64,000 bases of DNA, taken from the IMG/VR virus record IMGVR_UViG_3300032319_000846, positions 1 to 64,000 of that record; one strand, written 5' to 3'. This document shows, one piece after another, positions 42,498-52,976 of the stretch. Numbering within the stretch: position 1 is the stretch's first letter; each line of letters opens with the position of its first letter. The position numbers were made by a program, and so were the translations under genes. The notes beneath the pieces are model-generated. The model saw nothing but the letters and a program-made list of their open reading frames with translations. It did no database searches and had not been told where the DNA came from. The stretch is from a virus (Duplodnaviria; Caudoviricetes).

Positions 42498-43429
42498 TAA
42501 ATCTTTTAATCAAACTCAAATATCATGGTAATACAAATTTATGTGTGGAGTGTTTTTATATCTCTACTTATGCTACACCTCATCTTAAAAAAGGATAAAG
42601 GATTTTTGAAGACGGTAGAAGAAGAAAATAGATACACTCTTAAAGAAGCTATTATAGGACTTAATGTTATATCATTTTTTCCTATTGTAAATATTGTATT
42701 AATATTTGAAATTTTAAAAATAATGTATCATAGAAATGATTAGTTTTTTTATATATTTGTATTTAGGAACAATTGGATTATGGGGAATGTTATTTATAAT
42801 AAATATTATTCTTGATAGTTATTACTTTAAATTTATAAAAAAAACAATGCTTGATGTAGGAATAGTGTGGTATATATTATTACTAATTTTTCCTATAGCT
42901 AATTTGTTTCTTATATTTTTTGAATTACTTGAATTTATTGATAACATAAAATATCAACTATGGAAATTAAAAAATTTTAACAAATGAAAGAATGGTTTTT
43001 TAGTATTTTACAAAAAGCAGAAATTTACTATTCTTTTTTAAAAGAATTTTGGAAACAATATTATGAGCTATCCAAAATTTAGAATTAAGATGTTTAAAGT
43101 GTTTGCTTTACAAATCCCAGATGAGATAAAGCAAAACCTGTTAGATATTCAAAGAGTAGCTATAAGTTTAGGGTGGAGATTTTTAAGACTTAATCCTCAG
43201 AATTATGAATTAAGGATGTATAAAGAAGATGTAGATTGCAGATTAATTGTTTTTCTATCTACTCTAACAGTAAACAGCAAGCTTTATCATCCTAAACACA
43301 AGAAATACACCACATTAATACGTAAAAATTGTACAATTGGTGATGTACAGAGTTTATTATTGAATCCACGTACTCATTTAAGTAAAAAGGAATTCGTAAC
43401 TAATTATTCATCTAAATATAGAAAGAAAA

Positions 43430-44044
43430 ATGGAATTGTCTTTGTTCAAGAAGTCTTACCTGTCTAAATTAGGAACCAATAATGTTCCTTACAAAATCAT
43501 TAACTCTGCTGCTTTTAACAGTAAATTTGGAAATGTTCGTATTTACTCTGATGAGTATAAAGATGGATGGATACATTTAATTTATATTGATGAGAAAGTG
43601 TATGTTCTTCCAAGTGAATTATTTTTTCATGTTACAACAACTAAATTTCCTAAGAGTGCTGCTATTATTCCTTTTGCAACCCTCACTCCCTTCAATCCTT
43701 CATTTATAGGGAAGGTAGAAGCTTACAAAAAGAATGAATTTTCTACAGATAAAGTAACACAGGAAAATGTAAGTGGAGGAGAATTAATGGAAATTGCTAC
43801 AAATATTGGAGAGTTTTTAGAAGTAAAGAATAAATCCTATGGAGAATCTGCTTTAAAACCATTAAAAATATTTTCAAGAATTCATAGTTATGGAGCAAGA
43901 ATTGATGAGAAGATTGAGCGCATTAAAAATATTGATGTAGAAGATGAGAAAACAGTAAAAAACTGCGTTGTTGATATTATAGGAGGACTAATTCTCATTT
44001 GTAAAGATAAAGGGTGGAAGAATTTTAAAGACCAGTTAAATTAA
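43430..44044 (+). CDS. DUF1599/nucleotide-modification-associated-like protein
   Basis: C-terminal KNKSYGESA...RIDEKIERI...DIIG pattern. Confidence 0.6.
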   Translation: MELSLFKKSYLSKLGTNNVPYKIINSAAFNSKFGNVRIYSDEYKDGWIHLIYIDEKVYVLPSELFFHVTTTKFPKSAAIIPFATLTPFNPSFIGKVEAYKKNEFSTDKVTQENVSGGELMEIATNIGEFLEVKNKSYGESALKPLKIFSRIHSYGARIDEKIERIKNIDVEDEKTVKNCVVDIIGGLILICKDKGWKNFKDQLN

Positions 44045-44048
44045 AACT

Positions 44049-44070
44049 AAAGGGGAGAAATCCCCTTTTT
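44049..44070 (+). terminator. rho-independent terminator
   Basis: AAAGGGGA-GAAA-TCCCCTTT + T-tract. Confidence 0.8.
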
Positions 44071-44457
44071 ATTTATAAAAAATATGAAAGACTTAAAATT
44101 AAATGCTGCTGAATTAGTAGAAGAATATTTTAAAAATCTTCCAAGTGATTATTATACTTTGGAAGAAGCTTTAGCAGCAAAACTTGGGTACTTAGAAGGA
44201 TTTACAAAAGCATTATCACTTGTAGAAGAAGAAATAGAAATAACTAAGCAAAAGAATCAAAAAGAATACGAGTGGGAAAGATTTAATGACACTAGCTATT
44301 GTTTTAGAATTTATTAAAACTCAAAATGAAACATTAGAATTAAAGAGAATTGAAAAAGAAGGTTATCCAATGTTTCAATTTTATGAAAGAAATGATAAGA
44401 AAAGATATATTGGATATTTCGGTATGGATTATTTAATAATTAATTAAAAATATATAA

Positions 44458-45150
44458 ATGAAAAATAAAGTTGAATTAACAAACTGGATGAATGGGGATA
44501 AAGGAATTGCAAGGGCAGCTTGGACTTCCACTCAAATAAATATAGAAAATAAAACAGAAGAACAAATAGAAGATTTAATAGTAAATAAATTATGGAATAA
44601 TAAAAGTGGTAAACCTCACAAAACTCCTTTTGAAAGGGGGATTGTTGAGTTTAATATTACTTGTGACCAAGCTTCCCATATTCACTTAATTAAACATCGT
44701 TTAGCTAACATTAATGGAGAATCTGCCAGATATAAAGAATTGAAAGAGGATAAGTTTTATCTTCCTGATGATTGGAAAGGGGTTGAAGCTAAATTAAATC
44801 ATTTGTTTTACAATGAAAATGAATTTGTACAAGGGTTTGAAACATGGTATCAAATATTAGAGGGTTACACTCAACTTGGTAATAAATTATACCACCAATC
44901 TTTAGAAGAATTAACTCCTATTTTAGGAAGAAAAAGAGCTAAAGAATCTGCTAGATATTTTAAAACAATGAATAGTCAAATAACATTATCTGTAATGATG
45001 AATATGAGTTGTTTTTATAATTTTTACACATTAAGAGCAGATGATGGAGCACAGGATGAAATCCATGAAATAGCAGAACAAATGTTACAATGTATTAAGG
45101 AAATTGAAGGAAATCCTTTCCAGTACACCTTAGAAGCTTTTGGATTATGA
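44458..45150 (+). CDS. thyX: FAD-dependent thymidylate synthase
   Basis: H.TPFE, ThyX motif KHR.......SARY, ESARY, LR....AQ.EI. Confidence 0.92.
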   Translation: MKNKVELTNWMNGDKGIARAAWTSTQINIENKTEEQIEDLIVNKLWNNKSGKPHKTPFERGIVEFNITCDQASHIHLIKHRLANINGESARYKELKEDKFYLPDDWKGVEAKLNHLFYNENEFVQGFETWYQILEGYTQLGNKLYHQSLEELTPILGRKRAKESARYFKTMNSQITLSVMMNMSCFYNFYTLRADDGAQDEIHEIAEQMLQCIKEIEGNPFQYTLEAFGL

Positions 45151-46644
45151 ACAAAATAGATGTATTTATAAATAGATTAAAAAAACTTGGTATTATTGTT
45201 GAAATTTTTGCAAACTACCCTTGGATTTATATTAATACAATTAATGGAAAAAGAGTGACAGAAAAGTTTCAAGGAAATCATGGGTTTACAGCATTTTTTC
45301 TACAAATAAAAGGAGGAGTGAAAGTTACAGATACAAGAGAGATTTTTAAATTAATTAGAAAATATTTATGAAAATTATAAAAAGTAAATTTCCTAAAAAG
45401 TATATGATTGGTTTAGGAATTATCCATGTTTTAGAAGGATTGTTTATGATACTGACATTAGGAACTTATTCTACAAACTATAGTTTAGAATATGTATTAA
45501 CCCATCATAAAAAATTAAAACAAAACAATAAATTAGAAAATCATTAGAAAATTTAATAAAAATATGAATAAAAAACAATTTAGTGTTAGTGAAGAAAGAG
45601 CTTTAACAGCTTCTATAATTTCAGTGATTTTAATGCAACTTGCTGCTAAAGTATTAAAACAAGAAAATAAATTTTATCAACACAATGTAAGAAATTGGAT
45701 ATTTAAATGGGAACAAATTGTAGCTCCCACAATTTGGCAAATTGAAAAGTTAAAAAAACTGTTTATTCCTAAAAAAGAATTAGAATTAGTTAATCAAGAG
45801 TTAGGAACAGAATTAGAAGCTGAAGATTTAGAAAATGATTTAAATTGCGAAGTGGAATTATTTCAAAATTTTATTGCATTATATTTAAATAGTAACACTA
45901 CAGGAATTTATGAGTTAAATATGATAATAGAAAATCTTCTTGCTAAACAAAAAGTATATACAGAACAGGAAGTAGAAGATGTTGTTAATAGAACTCTCAA
46001 GACCATCACTCCTGCTGTAAAATATGATGTAAACACCTATAAACGTTTTATGATATGAGTAATTGGGTGAAATTCTATAAAAGAGAAAAAACAAATAGAC
46101 TCTTTTATTTATGTTCTTCAAACAAGTTCTTTAAAATAGGAGAAGAAATTATTACTAAAGTAACACAAGATTGTATTAGATTTACAAAACCATCTTTAAA
46201 CTATATAGGTAAAACTAATATAGTAACTATACAGCCTCTTTGGAAAGAAACACATAAACTTGGTTTTGTAAGTAATGTAGAGATTCCTCTTAATCAAAAA
46301 TTATATATTGATGAAGAAGAATCAAATGAAGATAGGGTTGTAGTGTATTTTAACAAAAATAACAATGGATAATCACAAAGAAGTTAAAAAAATTATTTCT
46401 AAGTTAAGTTTTAAAGAACTAATCATTTTATTAAAACAATGTGATTATACAAGTAGAACACGAAATAAAGAATTAAATAAAATAACAATTAAAAAAAATT
46501 ATACGCTTCTTTTAAGGTTAATGGATTTTTGTCCTTATTATACACACAAAGAAGAGTGGCTTAGTTTTATTTATAATCTTATTAAATTTTTAATTATTGA
46601 TAAACTTATTTATATAAAAACCTCAAATTTAAATAAATTAATTA

Positions 46645-47124
46645 ATGAATAGTCAAGGAATTTACAATGTAGTGGAAGCGGTGTATTTATGGTTACACAC
46701 AGCAGGATTTCAATTTGGAGATAAAACTAAACTACCTCTTGCTTTATCTTTAGTAGATGAAGAGGTGCAGGAAATGAAAGATGCTGTGAATAATAAAGAT
46801 GTAGAAGAACTTTGCGATTCATTAGGGGATATTTTTTTTGTGTGTCTCAATACTATGTATTTCTATGGAGTAAAGATGGAAGATGTGGGAAAGAAGTTTG
46901 AACAAATTGTTCAGAGTAATTATTCTAAATTCTGTCAAACAAAAGAAGAAGCTGTTTTATCTGCTGAAGCTTATATTAAAGGACAACACCCCACAAAGCT
47001 CAATCAAGAAATTCCTGCTAAATATGAATCTACAGGAAATTCTCAATATCCTTTTGTAATTAAACATGCTGTTAGTGGGAAGTTACTTAAAGGACTAAGT
47101 TTTAAACACCCTAATGAATTTTAA
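46645..47124 (+). CDS. MazG-like/PRA-PH NTP pyrophosphohydrolase
   Basis: EEVQE...ELCDSLGDIFFV...SNYSK...GKLLKG. Confidence 0.85.
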   Translation: MNSQGIYNVVEAVYLWLHTAGFQFGDKTKLPLALSLVDEEVQEMKDAVNNKDVEELCDSLGDIFFVCLNTMYFYGVKMEDVGKKFEQIVQSNYSKFCQTKEEAVLSAEAYIKGQHPTKLNQEIPAKYESTGNSQYPFVIKHAVSGKLLKGLSFKHPNEF

Positions 47125-48154
47125 ATATGTTAACTAAAGAACAAAAAAAGAAGAGAATTCAAAAGATTAAATTTGCTGCTGAGGAATTTTTGCAGGATGT
47201 AGGGAAATTTTCGGTGGAGTCGCTATATTTCTTCTTCTGGGGAATTGCAAAAAATAAGAAATATTCATATAAAGAAATTGAGAATATTATCAATTTTTTA
47301 ATAAAAACAAAAGGATTGAAAGTTAAACAAACAAATAACGAATATGCTTTATTTTAAAGTTTTTGTGTTTCTTGAATTATTAGCAATATTGTTTTATTTA
47401 ACAATATCTACTACAGAACTTATTAAAACTTACCAAAAACATAAGAAAAAAGGATGGAAAAAAGTTTGGGTATGGAGTGTGTATAATATTGATACAAATG
47501 CAATTGCTTTTTTAATTCTTCTTCCTTTAGTGGTTGCTATTCCTATTACAATAATTGGATATGCTTTTAATTTAGTAGATGTTATCATTAATTACTTAAA
47601 AACAAAATAAACATGTACACGCACACACTTACTGTTGGAGATGTTATTATATCTATTATTGCAAACACACCTAAACAAATTATTGATACTGCTAGTACTC
47701 TTGATGTAAAGCTTCATTATTCTTATTCTAAAAAAGAATTTGAAATATTATCTGATGTACAATACAATCACCTTTGTAACATTATTACAAATGAATTAGA
47801 TGCTATTACTAATTGTGAGCAACTCTATGAGTTTGTAAACAAAAATCCATATTACATAGAATTTTCTTCTAGAAAAGATGTAGAAGCAGAGTATGAAGAA
47901 CTTTTTGAAATTTGATATGAACTGGATTAATATTTTAATTATAATAGGAGCAGTTTTGCTCCTATTTTTATTTGATATTCATATAGTGGTAGAAAAAAAA
48001 CAGGTGTTTCTTTTTTACACTAATTTTATTACAAAGAAAAGAAATTATAAATACTTATTTACATGTAAATGACTGAAACTAAGCTCATTGTACTTGTATT
48101 ATTAGCTATTACTCTTTTGATTTTTGAAATTTTGTATCGAAAAATAAGAAAAGA

Positions 48155-48191
48155 GTAGTAACTTTGTATTTCACTAAATCAAATTACTATG
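48155..48191 (+). promoter_or_regulatory. promoter inside a start-codon-sequestering hairpin
   Basis: GTAGTAA(C)TTTG(T)ATTT / AAATCAAATTACTAT pairs over ATG 48189; TAACTTTG at 48159-48166. Confidence 0.65.
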
Positions 48192-48584
48192 AAAATATTT
48201 ATAACAATTACATTATTATTAGTAACTTTTAACATTTATGGAAACAACAATCTCTATTCAGGATTGCAATATGAGAGGGTAGGAAGAGCAATAAGTAGAC
48301 TTGAAACTGGAAACTACAAGTCTAAGTTATGTCGTAAATATAACAATTTATTTGGAATGAAAGTAGGGAGTAGAAAGTTTCATTACGGAAAAACTACAAG
48401 TAATTATGCTAAATATAAAAACAAGATGCTTTCTATAGCTGATTATGCTGCCTATGAGAAGAGATTGATTCGTAAATATCACATCACTACACAAAAGCAA
48501 TACATAGCTGTAATAAGTAGGAAATATGCTAAAAATCCTAATTATAAAAAATTATTACAAAAACAATTAAAAAACAGTTGTTAA
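48189..48584 (+). CDS. secreted glucosaminidase/GH73-like peptidoglycan hydrolase
   Basis: Hydrophobic N-terminal signal; LETG (catalytic Glu), NNLFGMK, YA.NPNY. Confidence 0.8.
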   Translation: MKIFITITLLLVTFNIYGNNNLYSGLQYERVGRAISRLETGNYKSKLCRKYNNLFGMKVGSRKFHYGKTTSNYAKYKNKMLSIADYAAYEKRLIRKYHITTQKQYIAVISRKYAKNPNYKKLLQKQLKNSC

Positions 48585-50250
48585 ATAAAAAATAAAATGG
48601 AAACTGAGAAAATTAAAAAAATAACAGAAGAGGATTACGTAGAAGAATATGAAATAAAAGAAGAATCTATTGGTAAAGTAATAGAAGTGTTTGAAGATAA
48701 AGTGTTGATGATTGTTAAACATCAAAATAATGCAGTAGAACAAAAATTATATTCTAAGAAAATTCCTTTTATTGAATATTTAGAAATAGGACAATTTGTT
48801 GCTATCACCACTTATTATAATTACGATATATTTACAGAAATTTATGAAGAATTAGAAGGAAATTGGGATGAAGCGTTTGAACAAAAAGAAGTTTCATTGG
48901 TAGACGTTGTAAAAGCTTGTGATTATTAATATGAAAATTTCTAAACAAGATAAAGAAAATATACAAAAAGTTATTGATGGAATTTTAATAGATTGTGTAT
49001 TACCAATGTACCCTCTTCGTGATTTAGAAGAATATTTTGAAAAATTAGGAATCGAATATATAGATGATAGTAGCTATAAACATTTATATACTATCAGATA
49101 TATTCAAAAAGATACAAAAGCTGTGTTTTATTTGAATGGAAAAGAGCAACAAAATATTCAAACATTTTATAAAGATGTATAAAATTACTTATCCAAATGG
49201 ATTTATACAATACAAACAGTTGATTGAACAAGAATATTATAATAAAGAATACATTCCTCTTAAAACTATTATTGGAATACATGAAGAACTTAAACCCAAC
49301 AAAAGTAAAGAAGATGAATTTAAAAAATGGAAAATGAAAATGAATCTTCTTAATAATAAAATGAAAGAATTATTTCCTCATGCATTCTTTACAACAAATT
49401 CACCTTTAGGTAAATCAATAAACACAGGAATTCTTACACTTCCTAAAACCCAAGGTGGATGTTTTATAGTGAAGGTAGAAAAACTATGAAAAATAAAAGT
49501 TTAACTTAAATATTTAAAACATTGATACATGTAGGATTACAATTTATAGCAGGAGAACCCGGAAATGGGGATGATGACACAATTTACACTGTTTTAAAAA
49601 TTAAAGATAAATACGTCACCTTTAGTTATGATGATAATAAAACTACTAATTATGTACTTGCTGAAGCAGAACATAATTTAGAAAGTAAAAAATGGACAGT
49701 TATTCAATCTAAAGACCCTTTAATTAACTTTCAATTAATAGATAAAACAGCTATGATTAACGAACTCTATCATATTCATATTATGGGAATGGGAGTGAAT
49801 TACTCAGGATTGGATAATAAAGTAAAAACAGAAATCAAAACAATAGGAAGAAAACTTACAGAGCTTCTTGAAACATTTAGAGCACTATGACAAGATACAA
49901 AACACTGTTTGATAAAACTAAACAGCAATGGTGTGAGATTAAAGGTAAGGAGCTTCGATATACAGAAGCTCCTGTATTAAAATTATATAGTACAGATTTT
50001 CCTTATGAAGGATTACCAAGATATATAAAAGAATACATTGTTGTACATTGTGAAGTGAAATATTTGAATATGTATGTTATTACTTCCACATCTCCTACTG
50101 TTTGGAAATCATCTTCTTCATATACAAGAGAGCAGATAGATTTAGTAAAGTCATGTTTAGCAGAAGGAATTAATTGGAGAGCTATTCATAAAAAATACTT
50201 TATAGAACGTTCTCCAAGAGCTATTCAAGAATTAATAAAAAGGATTAAAT

Positions 50251-50288
50251 AAAAAAGGAGGGAAATTGATTCCCTCCTTACATTTTTA
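50251..50288. terminator. bidirectional terminator between convergent gene blocks
   Basis: AAGGAGGGAA-ATTGA-TTCCCTCCTT flanked by A and T tracts. Confidence 0.85.
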
Positions 50289-50293
50289 ATTTA

Positions 50294-51547
50294 CTAATGA
50301 CAATTGCAATTTGGAACTGTTGGTGTTTTAGATGTACACTTGCATTGCTCTTTAAAAGAAAAGTATTGATAACAGGACAAAACACTCCATGTTCCATTAC
50401 AATTTATTTTAAATTGGTAATATCCAGAAAGAGATGTTCGATAAACTCCCTCTCCAAGCACATTAAGTTCTATTGTAGCCACTCTAATAGAATTTCTATA
50501 TAATTCCACACTACCTTCTGAGCATCCCTTAAAATCAAATCCTGTGAGTTTATGCACCATTTCATAAGATGTAGAAGCACAATCATTCACCACCACGGAT
50601 TTATTAAGTGATAATCCATTAAATTCTACACTTACATTATATGTAGCTCCTACATCAGGAAGATTCCATACAGCACTTGTTCCTAACAATCCAGAAGAAG
50701 GAATAATAGTTCCTCCTGTAGTGGTGTAAGTGATGAATTTATTAGCTTGGAATATCGTAACATTGTTTTTACTCACTGTATATCCTGAAACTGTAGAAGT
50801 AATAATAAAATCATCACTTGTAATATAAGTACTTAATACGGTAGAAATAGCAGTGAGGTAGTTAATAACACTTACATTAGTACCATTAAATACAAGTTCA
50901 ATATACCCAAGTCTTGTAGTAAAATAATTTAATGTAGAAGGTTCTATTAAAAGAGTGTTAGTAGGTGAATACAAGTTGTTACTCCAATATACACTATTTC
51001 CTGCTGCTGTAGTTTCAGTCCATACACCATTTGTAGAATTTACATTATTTGTATATCCTTCTTCTAAAAATACGTTGGTGCGATTAAAAAAACTGCCATT
51101 TAAAGAAAGTTTTACTATATTTGCACTTGCGGGAGAAGTAGGAGCAAAGAACAATCTTATTCTATCCTGTAAAGTAGGGAGGATAGTAAGCTGCTCATTA
51201 CAAGTAAGAACTTCGGAAGGAAGTCCTAAATTAAATCCTACAGGTAGTGCAGTTTTAGAATTTGAAACATCTGCATTACAATAAGACCTCACTTGCAAGA
51301 TTGTATTATCCTTACTGCTTGAATATCCTACACTGGAAGGAAGTGTAAAATAAAAATATCCATTTCCTAAACTGATTACATTTTCAGAGGGGATAGGGTG
51401 TTGAGCAGAATTTACAACTACAATTAGTTGTTTGTCTTTATATACACCATTACTATCTACCCAACAATGTGTATTTGGAGTATTCCCTACTCCTTGAACA
51501 GAAAAGAATTTATCTCCTTCCTGAAACTGTCTTAATATGAAGGCCAT
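50294..51547 (-). CDS. putative virion/tail-associated protein
   Basis: Beta-rich S/T/N composition; last gene of the structural block; Cys-rich C-terminus. Confidence 0.6.
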   Translation of the reverse strand: MAFILRQFQEGDKFFSVQGVGNTPNTHCWVDSNGVYKDKQLIVVVNSAQHPIPSENVISLGNGYFYFTLPSSVGYSSSKDNTILQVRSYCNADVSNSKTALPVGFNLGLPSEVLTCNEQLTILPTLQDRIRLFFAPTSPASANIVKLSLNGSFFNRTNVFLEEGYTNNVNSTNGVWTETTAAGNSVYWSNNLYSPTNTLLIEPSTLNYFTTRLGYIELVFNGTNVSVINYLTAISTVLSTYITSDDFIITSTVSGYTVSKNNVTIFQANKFITYTTTGGTIIPSSGLLGTSAVWNLPDVGATYNVSVEFNGLSLNKSVVVNDCASTSYEMVHKLTGFDFKGCSEGSVELYRNSIRVATIELNVLGEGVYRTSLSGYYQFKINCNGTWSVLSCYQYFSFKEQCKCTSKTPTVPNCNCH

Positions 51548-51550
51548 GTG

Positions 51551-52975
51551 TTATGCTGCTGAATTAATTACTGTTTTAAATACTTTAGTTCTTCTATCCT
51601 GCATTGAAAATATCCATTGATTTCCTGAATGACTCACTTTAATTTTTGTTGTAGATAGGTTGTCTGCTTTAGGGTCTGTGCAAATAAACAAAATGTTATT
51701 TCCATTTATAATTTTTGTAACAATAGGTCTTCCCCCCTGATAATCTGCAACAATTCCACTTCCATTTGAAGGTTTGGAAACACTCACCCAACTTCCTGCT
51801 CCTCTTTTATAAGAAAAGTCTGCATCTATTTTAGTTCCTCCACTTACAATATTTTCTATTTGAGAAAACACATGAGCAGATTTAAACACTTCTTCTACAG
51901 AAAGTCCATCTATATAATTATAACTTCTGTTAGGAGTGGGTCTGTTTCCATGACCTACACCAAAAGGAGTTGGAGGAGAAGGGCTTCCTGAAAATCCTGT
52001 TTTATTTAAATCAAATCCTGAATATAGAATATCTACACTATCATTTTTAGCATCACTAATTGCAATTCCCGGAGATTTCCAATACCATATTCCATCTCCT
52101 TCTAACATTCCATATAAAGCATAAGATTCCATTGTAGCAAGAGATTCTTCAGAAAGATAATCTTGATAAATATAACTTGTATTTGTATAAGGAGCATCTA
52201 AATAAACGCGATGTCTGAATATAGGAACATTTGCTCCAAAATTATCACAATATCCTGCTAAAAATCCTATTTGTTTTTGTACATGAGAAATAAGTCCTGC
52301 TTCTTTCATTTTTTTAATAGCTCTGAATCTGTGTATATAATTATACAAATTTACTTCAGGGTCAAAAGCAGCATTATTTCTACTTAAATCCACTCCATAA
52401 CCAATAACAATATTCATATTTATTTGGTCATTAAGTGTGCCTCCTAAAGAAGTTACAGATTGATTACCTATTCCTGAAACTATAGGAGTATTATAAAAAG
52501 TAGTTGCCCCTGCATCCCACACTTGAATACTGGTGAAATAAGACATAGCATCTACCCATTGACCAAAATAACTTCCTGCATCCTTTACCCCTTTTGCAAA
52601 ATTAGCTACTCTCTCTCTGGTAGTTGAGTTGTTTACATCTCCATAAACTCCTTCATAATCTCCAAAGATATATTTAAAAGAAGAAGCTGTCGATGCTCCA
52701 TAAGCTAATGCAAAAGCATTAGATGTAAAATTAGTTACAGCTTCAGAGTCATACATTGTATATCCTCTTTCATATATAGAACTATCTGTATTACTTAAAA
52801 GAGAAATTCCTTTATTATATCTTGTTGCTGCATTTACAATTCCCAATCCTGTTCTATAAAAAGGAACCTCAAACCCAAATTTTTTTGTAGTGAGAGTAAA
52901 TGTAGGGGCAGAATTAAACACATCTGCCACCATATTATCAGGAGTACTGTTACTTATATAAGGTGAAATATTCAT
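51551..52975 (-). CDS. putative virion protein, possible glycoside-hydrolase-like barrel
   Basis: 474 aa in the tail block; GDYEG and GDGIWYW aromatic/acidic motifs; assignment weak. Confidence 0.45.
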   Translation of the reverse strand: MNISPYISNSTPDNMVADVFNSAPTFTLTTKKFGFEVPFYRTGLGIVNAATRYNKGISLLSNTDSSIYERGYTMYDSEAVTNFTSNAFALAYGASTASSFKYIFGDYEGVYGDVNNSTTRERVANFAKGVKDAGSYFGQWVDAMSYFTSIQVWDAGATTFYNTPIVSGIGNQSVTSLGGTLNDQINMNIVIGYGVDLSRNNAAFDPEVNLYNYIHRFRAIKKMKEAGLISHVQKQIGFLAGYCDNFGANVPIFRHRVYLDAPYTNTSYIYQDYLSEESLATMESYALYGMLEGDGIWYWKSPGIAISDAKNDSVDILYSGFDLNKTGFSGSPSPPTPFGVGHGNRPTPNRSYNYIDGLSVEEVFKSAHVFSQIENIVSGGTKIDADFSYKRGAGSWVSVSKPSNGSGIVADYQGGRPIVTKIINGNNILFICTDPKADNLSTTKIKVSHSGNQWIFSMQDRRTKVFKTVINSAA

Positions 52976-52976
52976 A

